Origin: the human T2T-CHM13v2.0 reference genome, Homo sapiens
Length of the DNA: 64,000 nucleotides
Direction: 5' to 3' (one strand)
Assembly (NCBI RefSeq): GCF_009914755.1
Contig: NC_060938.1
In this document: one piece after another, positions 28,148 through 41,109 of the stretch
Position numbering within the stretch: the stretch's first letter is position 1
How the letters are laid out: each line of letters starts with the position of its first letter
The notes under the pieces: model-generated
Told to the model about the DNA's origin: nothing
Databases searched by the model: none
What the model saw: the letters and a program-made list of their open reading frames with translations, nothing else
Position numbers and translations under genes: made by a program

Positions 28148-29964
28148 CAAGTCCAGGTGAGATGGAAACAGGCTGTTGGAATAAAAGGCAAAGCTCAGAA
28201 GAAAAGAGAGAGGAAGTGGTGGACAAGGTATGACCCCATGTAGGGTTAGTGTGGATGGGAGGTGCTGCTGAGAGCCTGTGGATGGAGAAGAATGTGGACC
28301 AGGGGCAGGAGGAAAAAAGGCAGAGGAGGGGTTCTTCCTGAGCCAAAGCAGATGTTTCACGGAGAGTGTGGGCAGGGGCATGCACAGGCACAGGCAGGTG
28401 CCATGGAGTAGGGGAACCATTGGGGTATAGACCCAGGACAGAGCATAAAAAAATACAGACATTCCCAAGGGAGAAGGCACAGAAACAATGACTGACAAGC
28501 CTCTATCTTGGGCTTCCATCCATATATCAAAGACAAAGTTAACTGGTTTTCCCACTCGATAGAAATGACTGAATCTCACAGTCATTTCTGAAACACACAG
28601 TTATTGGTACTCACATGTTCTGGACAAAATGTTGACATCCCAAAATACACTAGTATAGAAAAAAATAAGAATCTGCTTCTAACCAGTTTGTAAGTGTTCA
28701 AGAGCAATTCAAGAGATTCTGACATTAGATTTATGCAAATATATGGTAACAATTTGTCTCTTCAAACTTATACTCCAATAATAATAAGAAACAAGTGACA
28801 ACAATTGGCATTGTACTATTATTTCTATCTACAATGATGGTAATTTTTGAGGCGTGATAACCTAAGTGTCCTAATTCTGAACCCACATTTAGAACTGAGC
28901 AGAGATCACTAGCAGCAGAAGTCCCCCACATGGAGACACACCTGACTCAATAAAGCTGCATTTAGGGGTCTCTGCAAGCTCCAAGGTGTGGAGAAGCAGC
29001 TCCCACCTCAGACAAAGTTGGATCAATCTCAGCTCTTTCTCTGAGGAAGGTGAGGCTTACTGTGTGGGAAGGACCAAATTTGCTCTACTGAAGACCTCTG
29101 CACCTGAACCAAACCAAAGTATGTGATCCCCATGTGGTTTCAGCCTGGATTGAACAATTGCTTAGGAGAAGGGCATGGTCTGACAAACCCCCACTCAGAA
29201 TTAAGAAATAATGCATTTATTCAGAAGAAATGGGGACATTACAATTGTTTACAGACTGTTTTCTTGATCCTCTATGTCATCTGAGAGAAGCAAGAAAAAT
29301 CATGGTTTCTATATAAAAATGCATAAACAGTGTATTGGCTCTGAGACTGCACCTCCCATTTCTTCAACATCAGGGAACCCATAGACCAGGCATCCAGCTG
29401 CTGTTCTCTGACACCCATCACCTGGTTAATGCAAAGACACATGCCCTGGGAGCTCCTCCCAGACAGTGATTACATACAGTGGAGATTCTAAGGCATGTCT
29501 GCTGCTGGGACACAGGAGTGATCCCTGATGGGTGGGTTTGGCCCAGGAAGGCATCAATGGCTTTACTAGGCTTAGAGAGGGCCATGGCATAATTAGGAGG
29601 TTTTATCAGTGTTCCCTGATTTTTCATGTCTTTGTTGTCAGATGTGCATCCACGTCGCACAGTTTCCACAGCCTCCCTGGCCTCCTGTGACATCTTCTGC
29701 CTCAATTAATGATGTATTCTTCAGGGGTATATGAGAATTTTTTTTTCTAGTAGTAATCTTTTCCAATCCAGAGGCCTCAGTGGTAGGCAGAGAACCATAA
29801 ATATAGAGAGGCTCCCAGGAGAACGCATTTGATGCAGAAGAAGCCACAGAACCTGACAGGAAAGCAGCCCTTGAACTCCACCTGCCCCTGCCCTGGGCTG
29901 CTCCTGTCTTCTGTGGGTGCTGAGTGCCCCCTTCAGCCAAGCCACCCCCTGTGTCCTGCATGGC

Positions 29965-30310
29965 AGTCTGTCTCTGAGCCCACGTGGACTTCCCATCACG
30001 ATGTTTCCTGCACAGTTAAATGCTGCCATGTTCTGGGTTCTCAGGCTGTTCATTTGCATGTACAGCATGTACTTGGTGTTGTCTCTGGAAGTGGTGAGTC
30101 TGCCCCTAACATAGTCTGCATTGTATTGATGACTTTCACCACGCCATATAACTGCAACCCATTCCAGCCCCTTCCCTGAGGCCTGGCAAACCCAGTGAAT
30201 CTCATAGATACTGAAGGTGAACCAAGAGGCTGCACAGGAGAGCCTCAGGGGCCCCTCTCAGTGTACCAAGTCTCCCCCAGACTCTGTAAGCTGGGCCTCA
30301 CCCTGGATAC
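29965..30310 (-). pseudogene. IGHV8-51-1: IGHV8-51-1 / IGHV(III)-51-1 V exon (30004-30310); RSS CATCGTG-23-AGACAGACT; leader exon 1 not found
   Basis: [65 protein letters not shown]...FNCAG. Confidence 0.9.
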
Positions 30311-30774
30311 CTGAAAACACAGAGATATTCTGGTTAGAAACTGTCACATAGCCACTATTTCTTTCACAAACATCCGCTTGGCCTCCCAAGATGTGCTGGA
30401 ACTCAAGGTCACCTTTGAGGGCCTTGGTCTACTGTGAGGTCATTACCTTCAGGAATCTGCAGCTGTAGGGAAGGATCAGGAGAGTGACTTCTAACTTTTT
30501 GCTCACCAGTCCTGAGTCACAGAAATTCAAGTGGAGAGTTTCACATGTTTAATTCTGTGAAGGCACCAAATAATCTGAAAGAATACAAAAGCACACATAC
30601 AAGCATTGATGAAAACAAAAATTAACAATTTAAATTTTAAAAGTCACATAAAAAATCACTGGCATTTGGATTTAATTTTCTTTGAAAAATTAAAGGCAAA
30701 TATTTGTAAAACTGTTATTTTTAAATCATATGGGAATATATTCTTAATTAGCCTATATACTGTCAACGATTGCA

Positions 30775-30858
30775 TGTGTGTGTATTTGTGTGTGAGAGAG
30801 AGACAGAGAGAGAGAGATGGAGAGAGAGAGAGAAAGAGGGAGGAAGAGAGAGAGAGAA
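30775..30858. repeat. (TG)n(GA)n compound microsatellite
   Basis: Direct reading. Confidence 0.9.
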
Positions 30859-31177
30859 TATAGACAGAAGGAGAAACACAAAAAAGGAGATAAATCTTAT
30901 GTAAAAGTATTATACTTTATAAGGTCCTTGAATAACGTGAGAGATGTTGTCTTTAATGGTCACATAAGGTGGAAACTACAAATTCTTACACTAGATATGA
31001 TTATACACGTATATAAATACCATTTTCTAATTATATTAAACACACACCTCAGCATAGGCATAGTGTAGAGTATCTAATGGTGAAAGGTGAGGGTGACAGG
31101 AAACCCGTTCTCCAGCTTGGGCCCTGTTTTCATGGAGCCTGAGTGCTCTTTGGTGGTCCTGGGCCCCTCTCCAGGGA

Positions 31178-31480
31178 AGTTTGTGTCTGGGATCACACTG
31201 ACATCTCTTCTGTTCCTCTCACAGTAATACAAGGTTGTGGCATTGTTGGTCACAGAACTCAGCTAAAAGAAAATTTGGTTCTTGGACGTGGATCTGGAGA
31301 TGGTGACTGAGCTCATGAGGAGTGGGTTAGAATTTGTGCTCCCTCGTGACCTATGCCCTGATCCACTCCCTTGACTGAGGACTGGCGGATCCAGCTCCAG
31401 CAGGAAGCACTAGTTGTGATGGAGAATCCAGAGACAGCACAGGTGAGGGAGGGGGTCTGTGAGGGCCTCACCAGGCCAAT
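31178..31480 (-). pseudogene. IGHVII-51-2: Clan II V pseudogene, 5'-truncated, heptamer lost
   Basis: [32 protein letters not shown]; nonamer ACACAAACT at 31178-31186. Confidence 0.85.
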
Positions 31481-32803
31481 AAATGACCATGAAACACAGT
31501 GGTTGGTGTGCATGGCTTCTGGAAAACACACTGAAATTCCTACATACACACATTTTAGTAAGAATGAAGAATTCACTTTTGTTCAATTTGTGAGATTTAT
31601 AAACAATTCAGTAGATTCTGAGAATAAATTCAGGCACTATGTGGTAAACTCGCAACCAAATTAAAAAGAAATGACTTTCAGGGGCATGGACATTGAATTG
31701 TTTTCTTTTACTATAAAGAGGGTGATTTTCAGAATAGAAGTGAGGCATGATAGCCTAATAGTGTCCTAATTCTGCACTCACAGTTATATCTTAGCAGAAA
31801 TCGGAGGCCGTGGAGGTCACCCCTCCTGAATGAGAAAACACCCAAGTCTATAACACTGCACGTGGCAGTCTCTGCAGGCTCTGAGGTGTGCAGGACCAGC
31901 CCCTACCCCACACTCAGGAATAGTTGAAGTCTCTGCTCTTTCTGTGGGGGAGGTGAGGCTTAGTGTGTGGAAAGGTCCAAACTTACTCTACTCTAACTCT
32001 CTGAACATGGACAGAAGCCAAAAATATGAAAATCATGTGGACTCATTCTAGATTCAACCATTCCTCATGAGAAAGGTGACTCTACGGTGGGACCCTGCGC
32101 AGAATTAAGGATTAACCATTTGGGGTAATTGTGGAAATTATAATTATTTGCTGACTGCATGGTTGCTTCTTCTATGTCTCCTGAGAGAAGCAAGTAAAAT
32201 CGTGGTTTCTACATAAAAATCCATCAACAATGTCTTGTCCCTGAGAATGCACCTCTCATTCCTCCAGCATTAGGGAGCCCATGATCCGGGCACCAGCTGC
32301 TGCTGTCTGACGTCCATCACCTGGTTTGTGCCAAACACACACATCCTGGAAGCTCATCACAGACAGTGATTGGGCGCAGAGGAGACAAAAAGGCACGCGG
32401 CTGCCGGGCACATGGCGGATCCCTGATGGGCACCCAGAGCTCAGGGACTTAGTTGGACTTAGTTTAGACCACATGGTAGTTAGGGAGCTCCATCAAACTC
32501 CCATTTCTCCGTCACTGCTTGTGAAACTTGAATCATAGGCAGACAGTGTCCACAGCCTCACCCAGCCTCCTGTGCACTTTCCTTTCTCCATTAGTGACAC
32601 CTGCCTTAAGGGCGTTTGATAGTGGTTCCTCCTGTAGTAATAAACTTTACAAACTTAGAAACCTCAGTAGCACATCACTGTAAATACAAGAGGCTCCCTG
32701 CGGAACTGTTAGATGAGAGGAAGCCACAGACCCTGAAGGAGAGCAGCCCTTGACCTCCACCTGCACCTGCCCTGGGGCTGCCCCTGTCCTCTGTGTATCC
32801 TGA

Positions 32804-32817
32804 GCGCCCCCTTGTGG
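32804..32817 (-). promoter_or_regulatory. CTCF motif 3' of IGHV3-52
   Basis: Minus strand CCACAAGGGGGCGC. Confidence 0.7.
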
Positions 32818-32837
32818 CTCCAGATGCCCCTGCAGGA

Positions 32838-33327
32838 GGTTTGTGTCTGGGCTCACACTGACCTCCCCTCACTGTGCCTCTCACACAGTAATACACGGTC
32901 ATGTCCTCAGCTCTCAGGCTGTTCACTTGCAGATAGAGGGAGTTCTTGGCATTGTCTCTGGAGATGGTCAATCGGCCCTTCACAGAGTCTACATAGTATT
33001 TCTCACTTCCGTCACACTTTATGTCGGCCACCCACTCCAGCCCCTTCTCCGGAGCCTGGCAGACCCAGTGCATCCAGGAGCTACTGAAGGTGAATCCAGA
33101 GGCTGCACAGGAGAGTCTCAGGGACCCTCCAGGCTGTACCAAGCCTCACCCAGACTCCACCAGCTGCACCTCACACTGGACACCTGCAAACACAGAGACA
33201 CCCTGGTCAGAAACTGCCGCACACATCCACTGTTTCTCTCACTCATATTCACTTACATTCAACTCATTCCCCATGAATCACCTTTCAAAATAGCAACAAG
33301 GAAAACCCAGCTCAGCCCAGACTCCAT
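32838..33327 (-). pseudogene. IGHV3-52: VH3 pseudogene with one stop (TGA at codon 9, 33146-33148), intact leader and splice sites, RSS 32838-32876
   Basis: [57 protein letters not shown]...YYCVR; CACAGTG-23-ACACAAACC; octamer variant ATGCAAAC at 33454-33461. Confidence 0.95.
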
Positions 33328-34189
33328 GGTGAGTCCTCTGTGCTCAGCCCTGAAGACTAAATGGAAAGACCTGGGAATCCTGGAGCTGGGGCTCCTCTCC
33401 CAGAGCTGCAGGGTCAGGGCTGGGCTGCTTTTCATCAGCAGAGGTTTGGCTCTGTTTGCATGTCTCCTACTATATAGCAAGCTCTGGGGTGGGAATCCTG
33501 AGGAGAGTGGAGAGCCCAGAGCAGGTGAGTGTGTCCTGGGGGAGTTTAGAGATATTGATACAATTTTTGAAAATATAGTTTCTTATTATAAGTTTGTTCT
33601 GTGATAAACTCTTTAAACCTACAACTGTATTTGTAATTTTTATTTTAAAGTAATTTTATTGAGGTACAATGGACCTATGAAAACTGCCCTTATTTAAACT
33701 TAGCAGCAATCATCTTATTTTATTTTTACATATGTGGAGAAATCACGGTATGTAGTATCAATGTTATTTCCACGTTACAGATGGAAAATTACCAGCAGAA
33801 GCACAGATGGGTGGTACAATGTCCCCAGAGCTCACATTTGCAGAGTAAGCCTGGGTATCTGGGCCTGTGCTTCTCACCACCGGGCCTGACTGCCCCCGAA
33901 CCAAGCCCAGCACAGCGTGGGTCACCCCCAGTGACATTTTCAGAACTTCCTTCCTGTAATGAAAGCATGGTTTGATGTGTATGCACTATTGTGTTTACCT
34001 AATGAATGTAAGAGAACACATTTTATGCAGTTGTATGTTCATAAATGTCAGACATTCCTCATGTTAGTGTCTATTTTCCATCAATCTGTACTGAACAAAT
34101 TATCCATTCATTTATTTGTAATACTCTCAATGAGACATTATTGCCATACATTAAATATTGCATAAAGTGTTTGATTTAATAAGTACTCA

Positions 34190-34350
34190 AGCTGAGCCTG
34201 GTGGCACACAACTGTAGTTTCAGCTACTTAGATGGCAGATGCAGGAGGATTGTTGGTGACCAGAAGTTGGAAGCTACATTGAACTATGATCCCACCACTG
34301 CAGTCCTGCCTGGGTCACAGAGTAGGACCACATCTCTTCAGAAAAAAACA
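34190..34350 (+). mobile_element. Old Alu monomer (FRAM/AluJ right arm)
   Basis: GGTGGCACACAACTGTAGTTTCAGCTACT...CCACTGCAGTCCTGCCTGGGT. Confidence 0.7.
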
Positions 34351-35299
34351 AACACAACAAAATGTAATTCCACTCGTGCTCACCTGTGCATCCCCAAAAA
34401 CCATCCAGATAACAAACAAATAAATTACACTTAAAAGTTTCCTTGTGTTACTCTACAATTCCTCCTTCCCAATTATTTTTTTCCCTTGCCATATTCTGAG
34501 TCAATCCTTCATATTGAATACTTTGGTTTTGAGTTTCAAGAATTTATTATACAGGAATTATATAGTATGTGTTTTATGTGTGTGGCTTCTCACTCATTAT
34601 AACTACTTGTGATTCAACCACATTGAGCATCAACAGTGTATTGATTCTAGTGATGGCTATGATTACCGTAAATTAGCATGCCATTACTCTTTATCTATAT
34701 ATCTTCTTGATATTTGCATTGTTTCTAGTTTCTGAGTGTTAGAAATAAAGATGCTACTCAGCTTGGAGATGCAGGCATCCCATAAAAATTTGTTATTATT
34801 CTCACAACTACTAAAGCTTACTGATCTGCAAATTAGCACATTTTCTTAAATTCATCAGATTTTTGATGTTATAAGACAAACAAGATATCTGAAATCTGAA
34901 GAGAGATAAAGACTTGCAGGGAAATAAACAGGAGCAGATGATAATCTTTTCTGGGACAGAGGCTGCCAAATATCATTTAAGTTAACACACGATTAAAGTA
35001 GACATATTCATTGGATGGTTTAAATTTGAGTGTGATAGAGAAGTTATTGTTTAAATTCTCAGAGTGTATACAGTTGAGGAATTCCTCCTGCTATTGAAGG
35101 CTTTTTCTTCAGTACTGGGGACACATCACAAAATGCTCCAGCCTCTACCCCTTGGGACGGTTGTGTCAGGGAAAGCAAAACAGCAACTATAGCTGAAATG
35201 CATCCAGACACACCTCCTCATCAGCACTACATTGCAAGAGAAATTATCTGCAGCGGTAATGCCAGGAAAACCAGTGTTCTAGAGACACTGGAGAGATCA

Positions 35300-35776
<477 letters not shown>

Positions 35777-35879
35777 GCGACAGCTATTATTATACTCACT
35801 AGTAGAAGGTTAGAATATTTTGGTCTAATATCTGTAATAAGGCAAGAATAAAGCTTGAGGCATTTCACTTCCAGTCCTC

Positions 35880-36390
35880 AACATTTGTTACAAACACAGA
35901 GTAATAAATCCGAATGGTATCAGCATAAATGCATATAGAGAGCTTAGATATAAACCCACATATTGATGGCGAACTGATTTTCAGCATGAGAACCATCAAC
36001 ATACAATGGCTAAATTATGGTGTCTTCCAAAGAGCATGTTATGAAAACTGGATTTTCACATGTGAAGAATTAAGAATTTTAGGTTAGAATAAACACAAAA
36101 ATTAACTTTAAATGCATTAAATATTTCAATGAAATTCCTGCAACTGTAAAACTCCCAATCCTCAAAAATTAGCAATCTTTTTCTGGATTTTACATTCAAA
36201 GCACATTTAAAAAAAAGCAGAATTGAACAAGTTGGACTAGATTAAAAAAATATTCTGCAAAGCAATGAAATAATTCCAACTCACAGAATTGGATAATATA
36301 TCATGTATCTGAAAAAAGCGTTAATATCCAAAATGTAAATGAAACTTCTACAACTCAATAGCAAAAATAAAAAGCATAATTTAAAAATAA
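35880..36390 (+). mobile_element. Old L1 ORF2 3' fragment
   Basis: Degenerate match to the ORF2 C-terminal region (TGGTATCAGCATAAA...CAACTCAATAGCAAAAA). Confidence 0.65.
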
Positions 36391-36454
36391 TCAGTTTTAC
36401 ACCTTTAACAATGTAAGGACCTAGAACTCATGTTAAATGTTTTTCTCCATGGGT

Positions 36455-36760
36455 AATGGTCTGTTTTATGGTATACTTGGCTGGAAAATACTTTGTAGTT
36501 ATTTGATCAGACACTAATCCAAGTGTTGGTGTGAATTTTTAATAGAGGTTATTAAAACTGTGATCAGTTGACTCAATGTTAGGTAGATTATCATTGATAA
36601 CCAGTTTGGCCCTGATTCCATCAAAGCTGATCTGGAGAAGGTAAAATTCCGTGGTTAAGCAACTTCAACTCGTTCTGAGACTTCCAGCCTGCGCTTACTG
36701 ATGGCCGACCCTGAGGATATTGGATGTTTCCAGCCATCCCCCCAAATTGTCATCCCCTAC
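36455..36760 (+). mobile_element. MLT2-type (ERVL) LTR fragment
   Basis: CAGACACTAATCCAAGTGTTGGTGTGAA...ATCAGTTGACT. Confidence 0.5.
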
Positions 36761-37743
36761 ATCTCACAGGAAAGTGGTGTGACCCTCTACAGCTTGTCAC
36801 ACCTGAATATCAGACAGAAAGAAATTCTCCAAAATCAAATAATATGTATTTGAAAATGAGCATTCCAGTGGGATTATCCCTGGGCATATTTAGGTAGGTA
36901 AAGGAAGTCAGGTTAGTAAAGGTTGGTAAAGGTTGTTTTAAAGGATAAATGAGAGGACTTACATGAGCTGTTCTGAGGCAATTATCCTGGGGGTAGAAGA
37001 ATTAATAACAAGGGTGGAATCAGTTTAAGATTGTACTGGGAGTTGCAGGGCAGATATCCTCACAATATTAATTCTCTTATTGTTGTGGTAGCCTTTGTTG
37101 AAAGTTGTGGTTGTGCAGAGTAATTTTATGGTAGTTCTTGTTATCAGGGATGTGTGCATGAGAACCCTCTATTCATGACCTTCTCCAGCTTCACCTGTAA
37201 AGATTATAACACAAGTTGTTCTATTTTTATTCTGACTACGTTCACATCCTCTTCCTCACATGACTAGTGCAGAAAGTTACTCTGTGAAAGTTTATCAGAA
37301 CAAAATTAGAAACACATCCACATCCCATGTTAACCAAACAAGCTTGTCCCCTTCAGTTCTCAGTCGCAACTTGCATTTCCAGATAAGTCTCCATGCAACA
37401 CAGTGGAGGGCCCTGAGTGACGAGGAGTGAAGAAAGTCCCACCAGCCTCTCCCGCGTGACTGCAGCAGCCACAGCCTGAGACCCACCTGAGCGCCAGGAA
37501 AGGGCTTGAGGTCCGGAATTTTGACCACAGGGAAAAATCTTCCTTTTGCAGAAAGCAGGAAAAGCAAATGGAAAAATGAAAACAACGACTGAAAAAGGAA
37601 GTAAATGGATTAGGAACAAAAGAATCACCAGATCAGTGCTGATGCTGATTTGCATATTTAGTGTCAGGAAAAGGTTCAGAGGTGAAACCTGTGATGTCCT
37701 ACATGACACTGATCCTGGCCTACCCTCTATTGTCTGTGATCAG

Positions 37744-38745
37744 TGTAGGGACCAGCCCCACAGGGTCAGTGGGTTTCTCCCCGTGTGCGGAGACGAGAGA
37801 GCATAGAAATAAAGACACAAGACAAAGAGATAAAAGAAAAGACAGCTGGGCCCGGGGGACCACTACCACCAAGATGCGGAGACTAGTAGTGGCCCTGAAT
37901 GCCAGGCTGCGCTGATATTAATTGGATATAAGACAAAGGGACAGGGTAAGGAGTGTGAGCCATCTCCAATGATAGGTAAGGTCACATGGGTCACGTGTCC
38001 ACTGGACAGGGGGCCCTTTCCTGCCTGGCAGCTGAGGCAGAGAGAGAGAGGAGAAGGAGAGAAACAGCTTACAATATTATTTCTGCTTATCAGAGACTGT
38101 TAGTACTTTCACTGATTTGCTACTGCTATCTAGAAGGCAGAGCCAGGTGTACAGGATGGAACACGAAGGCGGACTAGGAGTGTGGCCACTGAAGCACAGC
38201 ATCACAGGGAGACTGTTAGGCCTCCGGATAAGTGCGGGCGGGTCTGACTGATATCAGGCCCTCCACAGGAGGTGGAGGAGCAGAGTCTTCTCTAAACTCC
38301 CCGGGGAAAGGGAGACTCCCTTTCCTGGTCTGCTAAGTAGCAGGTGTTTTTCCTTGACACTGAGTCTACCACTAGACCATGGTCCGCTTGGCAACAGGCG
38401 TCTTCCCAGATGCTGGCATTACTGCTAGACCAAGGAGCCCTCTGGTCGCCCTGTCCAGGCATAACAGAAGGCTCGCACTCTTGTCTTCTGGTCACTTCTC
38501 ACTATGTCCCCTCAGCTCCTATCTCTGTATGGCCTGGCTTTTCCTAGGTTATGATTGTAGAGTGAGGATTATTATAATATTGGAATAAAGAGTAATTGCT
38601 ACCAACTAATGATTAATGATATTCATATATAATCATATCTAAGATCTATATCTGGTATAACTATTCTTGTTTTATATTTTATTGTACTGGAACAGCTCGT
38701 GTCCTCGGTCTCTTGCGTCGGCACCTGGGTGGCTTGCCGCCCACA
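37744..38745 (-). mobile_element. Solo LTR13 (HERV-K HML-4 family), 1002 bp
   Basis: Minus strand starts TGTGGGCGGCAAGCCACCCAGGTGCCGA and ends CCCTACA; ATCAG on both flanks (37739-37743, 38746-38750). Confidence 0.92.
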
Positions 38746-39104
38746 ATCAGTATCCATAAAGACTGTTCTAGACGGGGAACCTCACTGAGGTCCCTGTCCT
38801 TGGTCTGATAGGAGGAGACTCAGCAGGAAGCCCTGAGCTCACTCAGACTCTGATCGTGGTGACCATGTTTGAGGACTTTTCATCCCAGTAAGCATCAATC
38901 CACATTTTGTGCGAGTGAGAACTGCTCTTCATATTAAAATAATCTCTTTCAAATACTTAGAGAAGACGTTCATAGGCACAGAATGCTAAACTTAGAGAGG
39001 TTCCCTGGGGAACCGTCAGAAGAAGACAAAGTCCCACATCCTGACAGGAAATCAGCCTCCATCTGCACCTGCCTCCGGGGCTGACTCTGATCAGTGGCTC
39101 CTGA

Positions 39105-39118
39105 GCGCCCCCTGCCGC
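39105..39118 (-). promoter_or_regulatory. CTCF-like motif 3' of IGHV3-53
   Basis: Minus strand GCGGCAGGGGGCGC. Confidence 0.65.
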
Positions 39119-39146
39119 TGATTTCCCCCCAGCGTTCCTGCAGGGA

Positions 39147-39185
39147 GGTTTGTGTCTGGGCGCACAATGACTTCCCCTCACTGTG
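39147..39185 (-). other. 23-RSS of IGHV3-53
   Basis: CACAGTG (39179-39185), 23-nt spacer, ACACAAACC. Confidence 0.97.
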
Positions 39186-39636
39186 TCTCTCGCACAGTAA
39201 TACACGGCCGTGTCCTCGGCTCTCAGGCTGTTCATTTGAAGATACAGCGTGTTCTTGGAATTGTCTCTGGAGATGGTGAATCGGCCCTTCACGGAGTCTG
39301 CGTAGTATGTGCTACCACCGCTATAAATAACTGAGACCCACTCCAGCCCCTTCCCTGGAGCCTGGCGGACCCAGCTCATGTAGTTGCTACTGACGGTGAA
39401 CCCAGAGGCTGCACAGGAGAGTCTCAGGGACCCCCCAGGCTGGATCAAGCCTCCTCCAGACTCCACCAGCTGCACCTCACACTGGACACCTGCAAACACA
39501 GAGACATTGGTTAGAAACTGCCACACATATCCACTGTTTCTCTCACTCGTGTTCACTCACACTCAATATCTCTAGTTCTCCATGAATCACCTTTTAAAAT
39601 AGCAACAAGGAAAACCCAGCTCAGCCAAAACTCCAT
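39186..39636 (-). CDS. IGHV3-53: Functional IGHV gene segment: leader exon 39591-39636, V exon 39186-39489; translation fits allele *01 as recalled
   Basis: [54 protein letters not shown]...[16 protein letters not shown]...YYCAR. Confidence 0.97.
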
Positions 39637-39759
39637 GGTGAGTCCTCTGTGTTCAGTGCTGATCACCGAATGGAAACACCTCGGAATCCCAGTGCTGGGC
39701 TCCTCTCCCAGAGCTGCAGGGTCAGCTGGGCTGGTTTTCATCAGCAGAGGGAGGGCCCT

Positions 39760-39767
39760 ATTTGCAT
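39760..39767 (-). promoter_or_regulatory. Octamer of the IGHV3-53 promoter
   Basis: ATGCAAAT. Confidence 0.9.
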
Positions 39768-41109
39768 GTCCCCGACTATATAGCAAGCTCTGGGGTGGGA
39801 CATCTGAGGAGAGGCCGGGCTCCGTGCAGATGAAGTGTCCTGGGGGAGATTGGTATTAATTCCATCATTCAGGAAAATATAATTGTATATTACGTGATTG
39901 CGCCTTGATTAGCATTTAGCTCTCACAATCTGATTTTATTTTTACATATTTACACAATATATTTAAGGCAGGTTTCAATGTTACATTTTACAGGAGATAA
40001 TTTGCACAGAGAACACAGCAGTTGTGCAGTGTGTCTAAAATTACACATCTAAAAAAATGAGTCCTATTACCTGGGCCTGTGCTCTAACCACTGGAGGAGG
40101 CAGCTCCCCTGAGACAACTCCAGGGCAGTGTGGACTATGCCTAGTGAAGTCTGCAGGATTCCCCATCAGTTATGACAACTTTCTGTAATTTATCTAAATA
40201 TGTAGAGAGAACCACGGCTCATGTGTGTGTATTTTCAGAAGTCAGTCATATTTCTTCTGTCAATATCAGTCTTTTTATTGCTCCATTTTAGCAAAAATAT
40301 TCATTTATTTCTTTGTTATTGCTTTATTCAAGTATAAAAATAAATAATTAATTCAAATTTATAGGGAATGATTTGAAAAATGTAGACTATGTTTGCAGCC
40401 ATTCACTCGGCACTTCAATCAAGTTTTGAATAATTAAATTAATCCCTAAATCTTTTTTCTTATTCCTCTGAAACTTAAATCACATCCGCATCATTCCCAA
40501 CACCATTTTCTCAGAAAAATTTAAGTCTTCTTCATTTTAATTTATGGTAGTGGCATCTTCTAATATTTCTACAATGAATTATATAAAATTTACTCTTAAT
40601 TCCTTAGCTTCTTTCACTCAGCACAATTCTTTGAGAATTTAGCCATGATTTTTATGATTGAGGCATGCCTTGATTTCAAGCTGCATTATATACCAGTACA
40701 TAAATATATGTCAAACTATTTAATTGTTCACCCATAAGAAAATGTTATTTTTTCTCCCAGTTAATGGATTCTATAGAGAAAAGTAGCTACTCGGCACGGG
40801 AATTTAAAAAAAATGAGTAAACAATGATCTTATTCTGAAATCATTAACAACAAACCTGAAAAACCACTAATAAGGAAAAAGCATTCAACATATCTGAGTT
40901 GATATTACAGAGAAAAAAAAAAAACCCTTAATCTGTGGAGAAAGGGGCCTGCAGAGAGAACCATATATTAGTGTTCCTGGGACAGATACCAACTGGATGT
41001 TATTTAAGCTAAGAACCGGCTGACTTGAAAATATTCAGTGAGTTGCTGGAGGATGCATGTGCTCATAGTGTTAGACTGTGAAGCTCCTCATGCTTGCAGG
41101 CTTTTCCTA

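Noticed and set aside
32843-33604. 253-aa plus-strand ORF
   Set aside because: It is the antisense frame of IGHV3-52; similar shadow ORFs occur over other V genes (12512, 29829, 52547) and no domain is recognisable.
37399-37437. Plus-strand CACAGTG as a cryptic RSS
   Set aside because: No nonamer at 12 or 23 nt.
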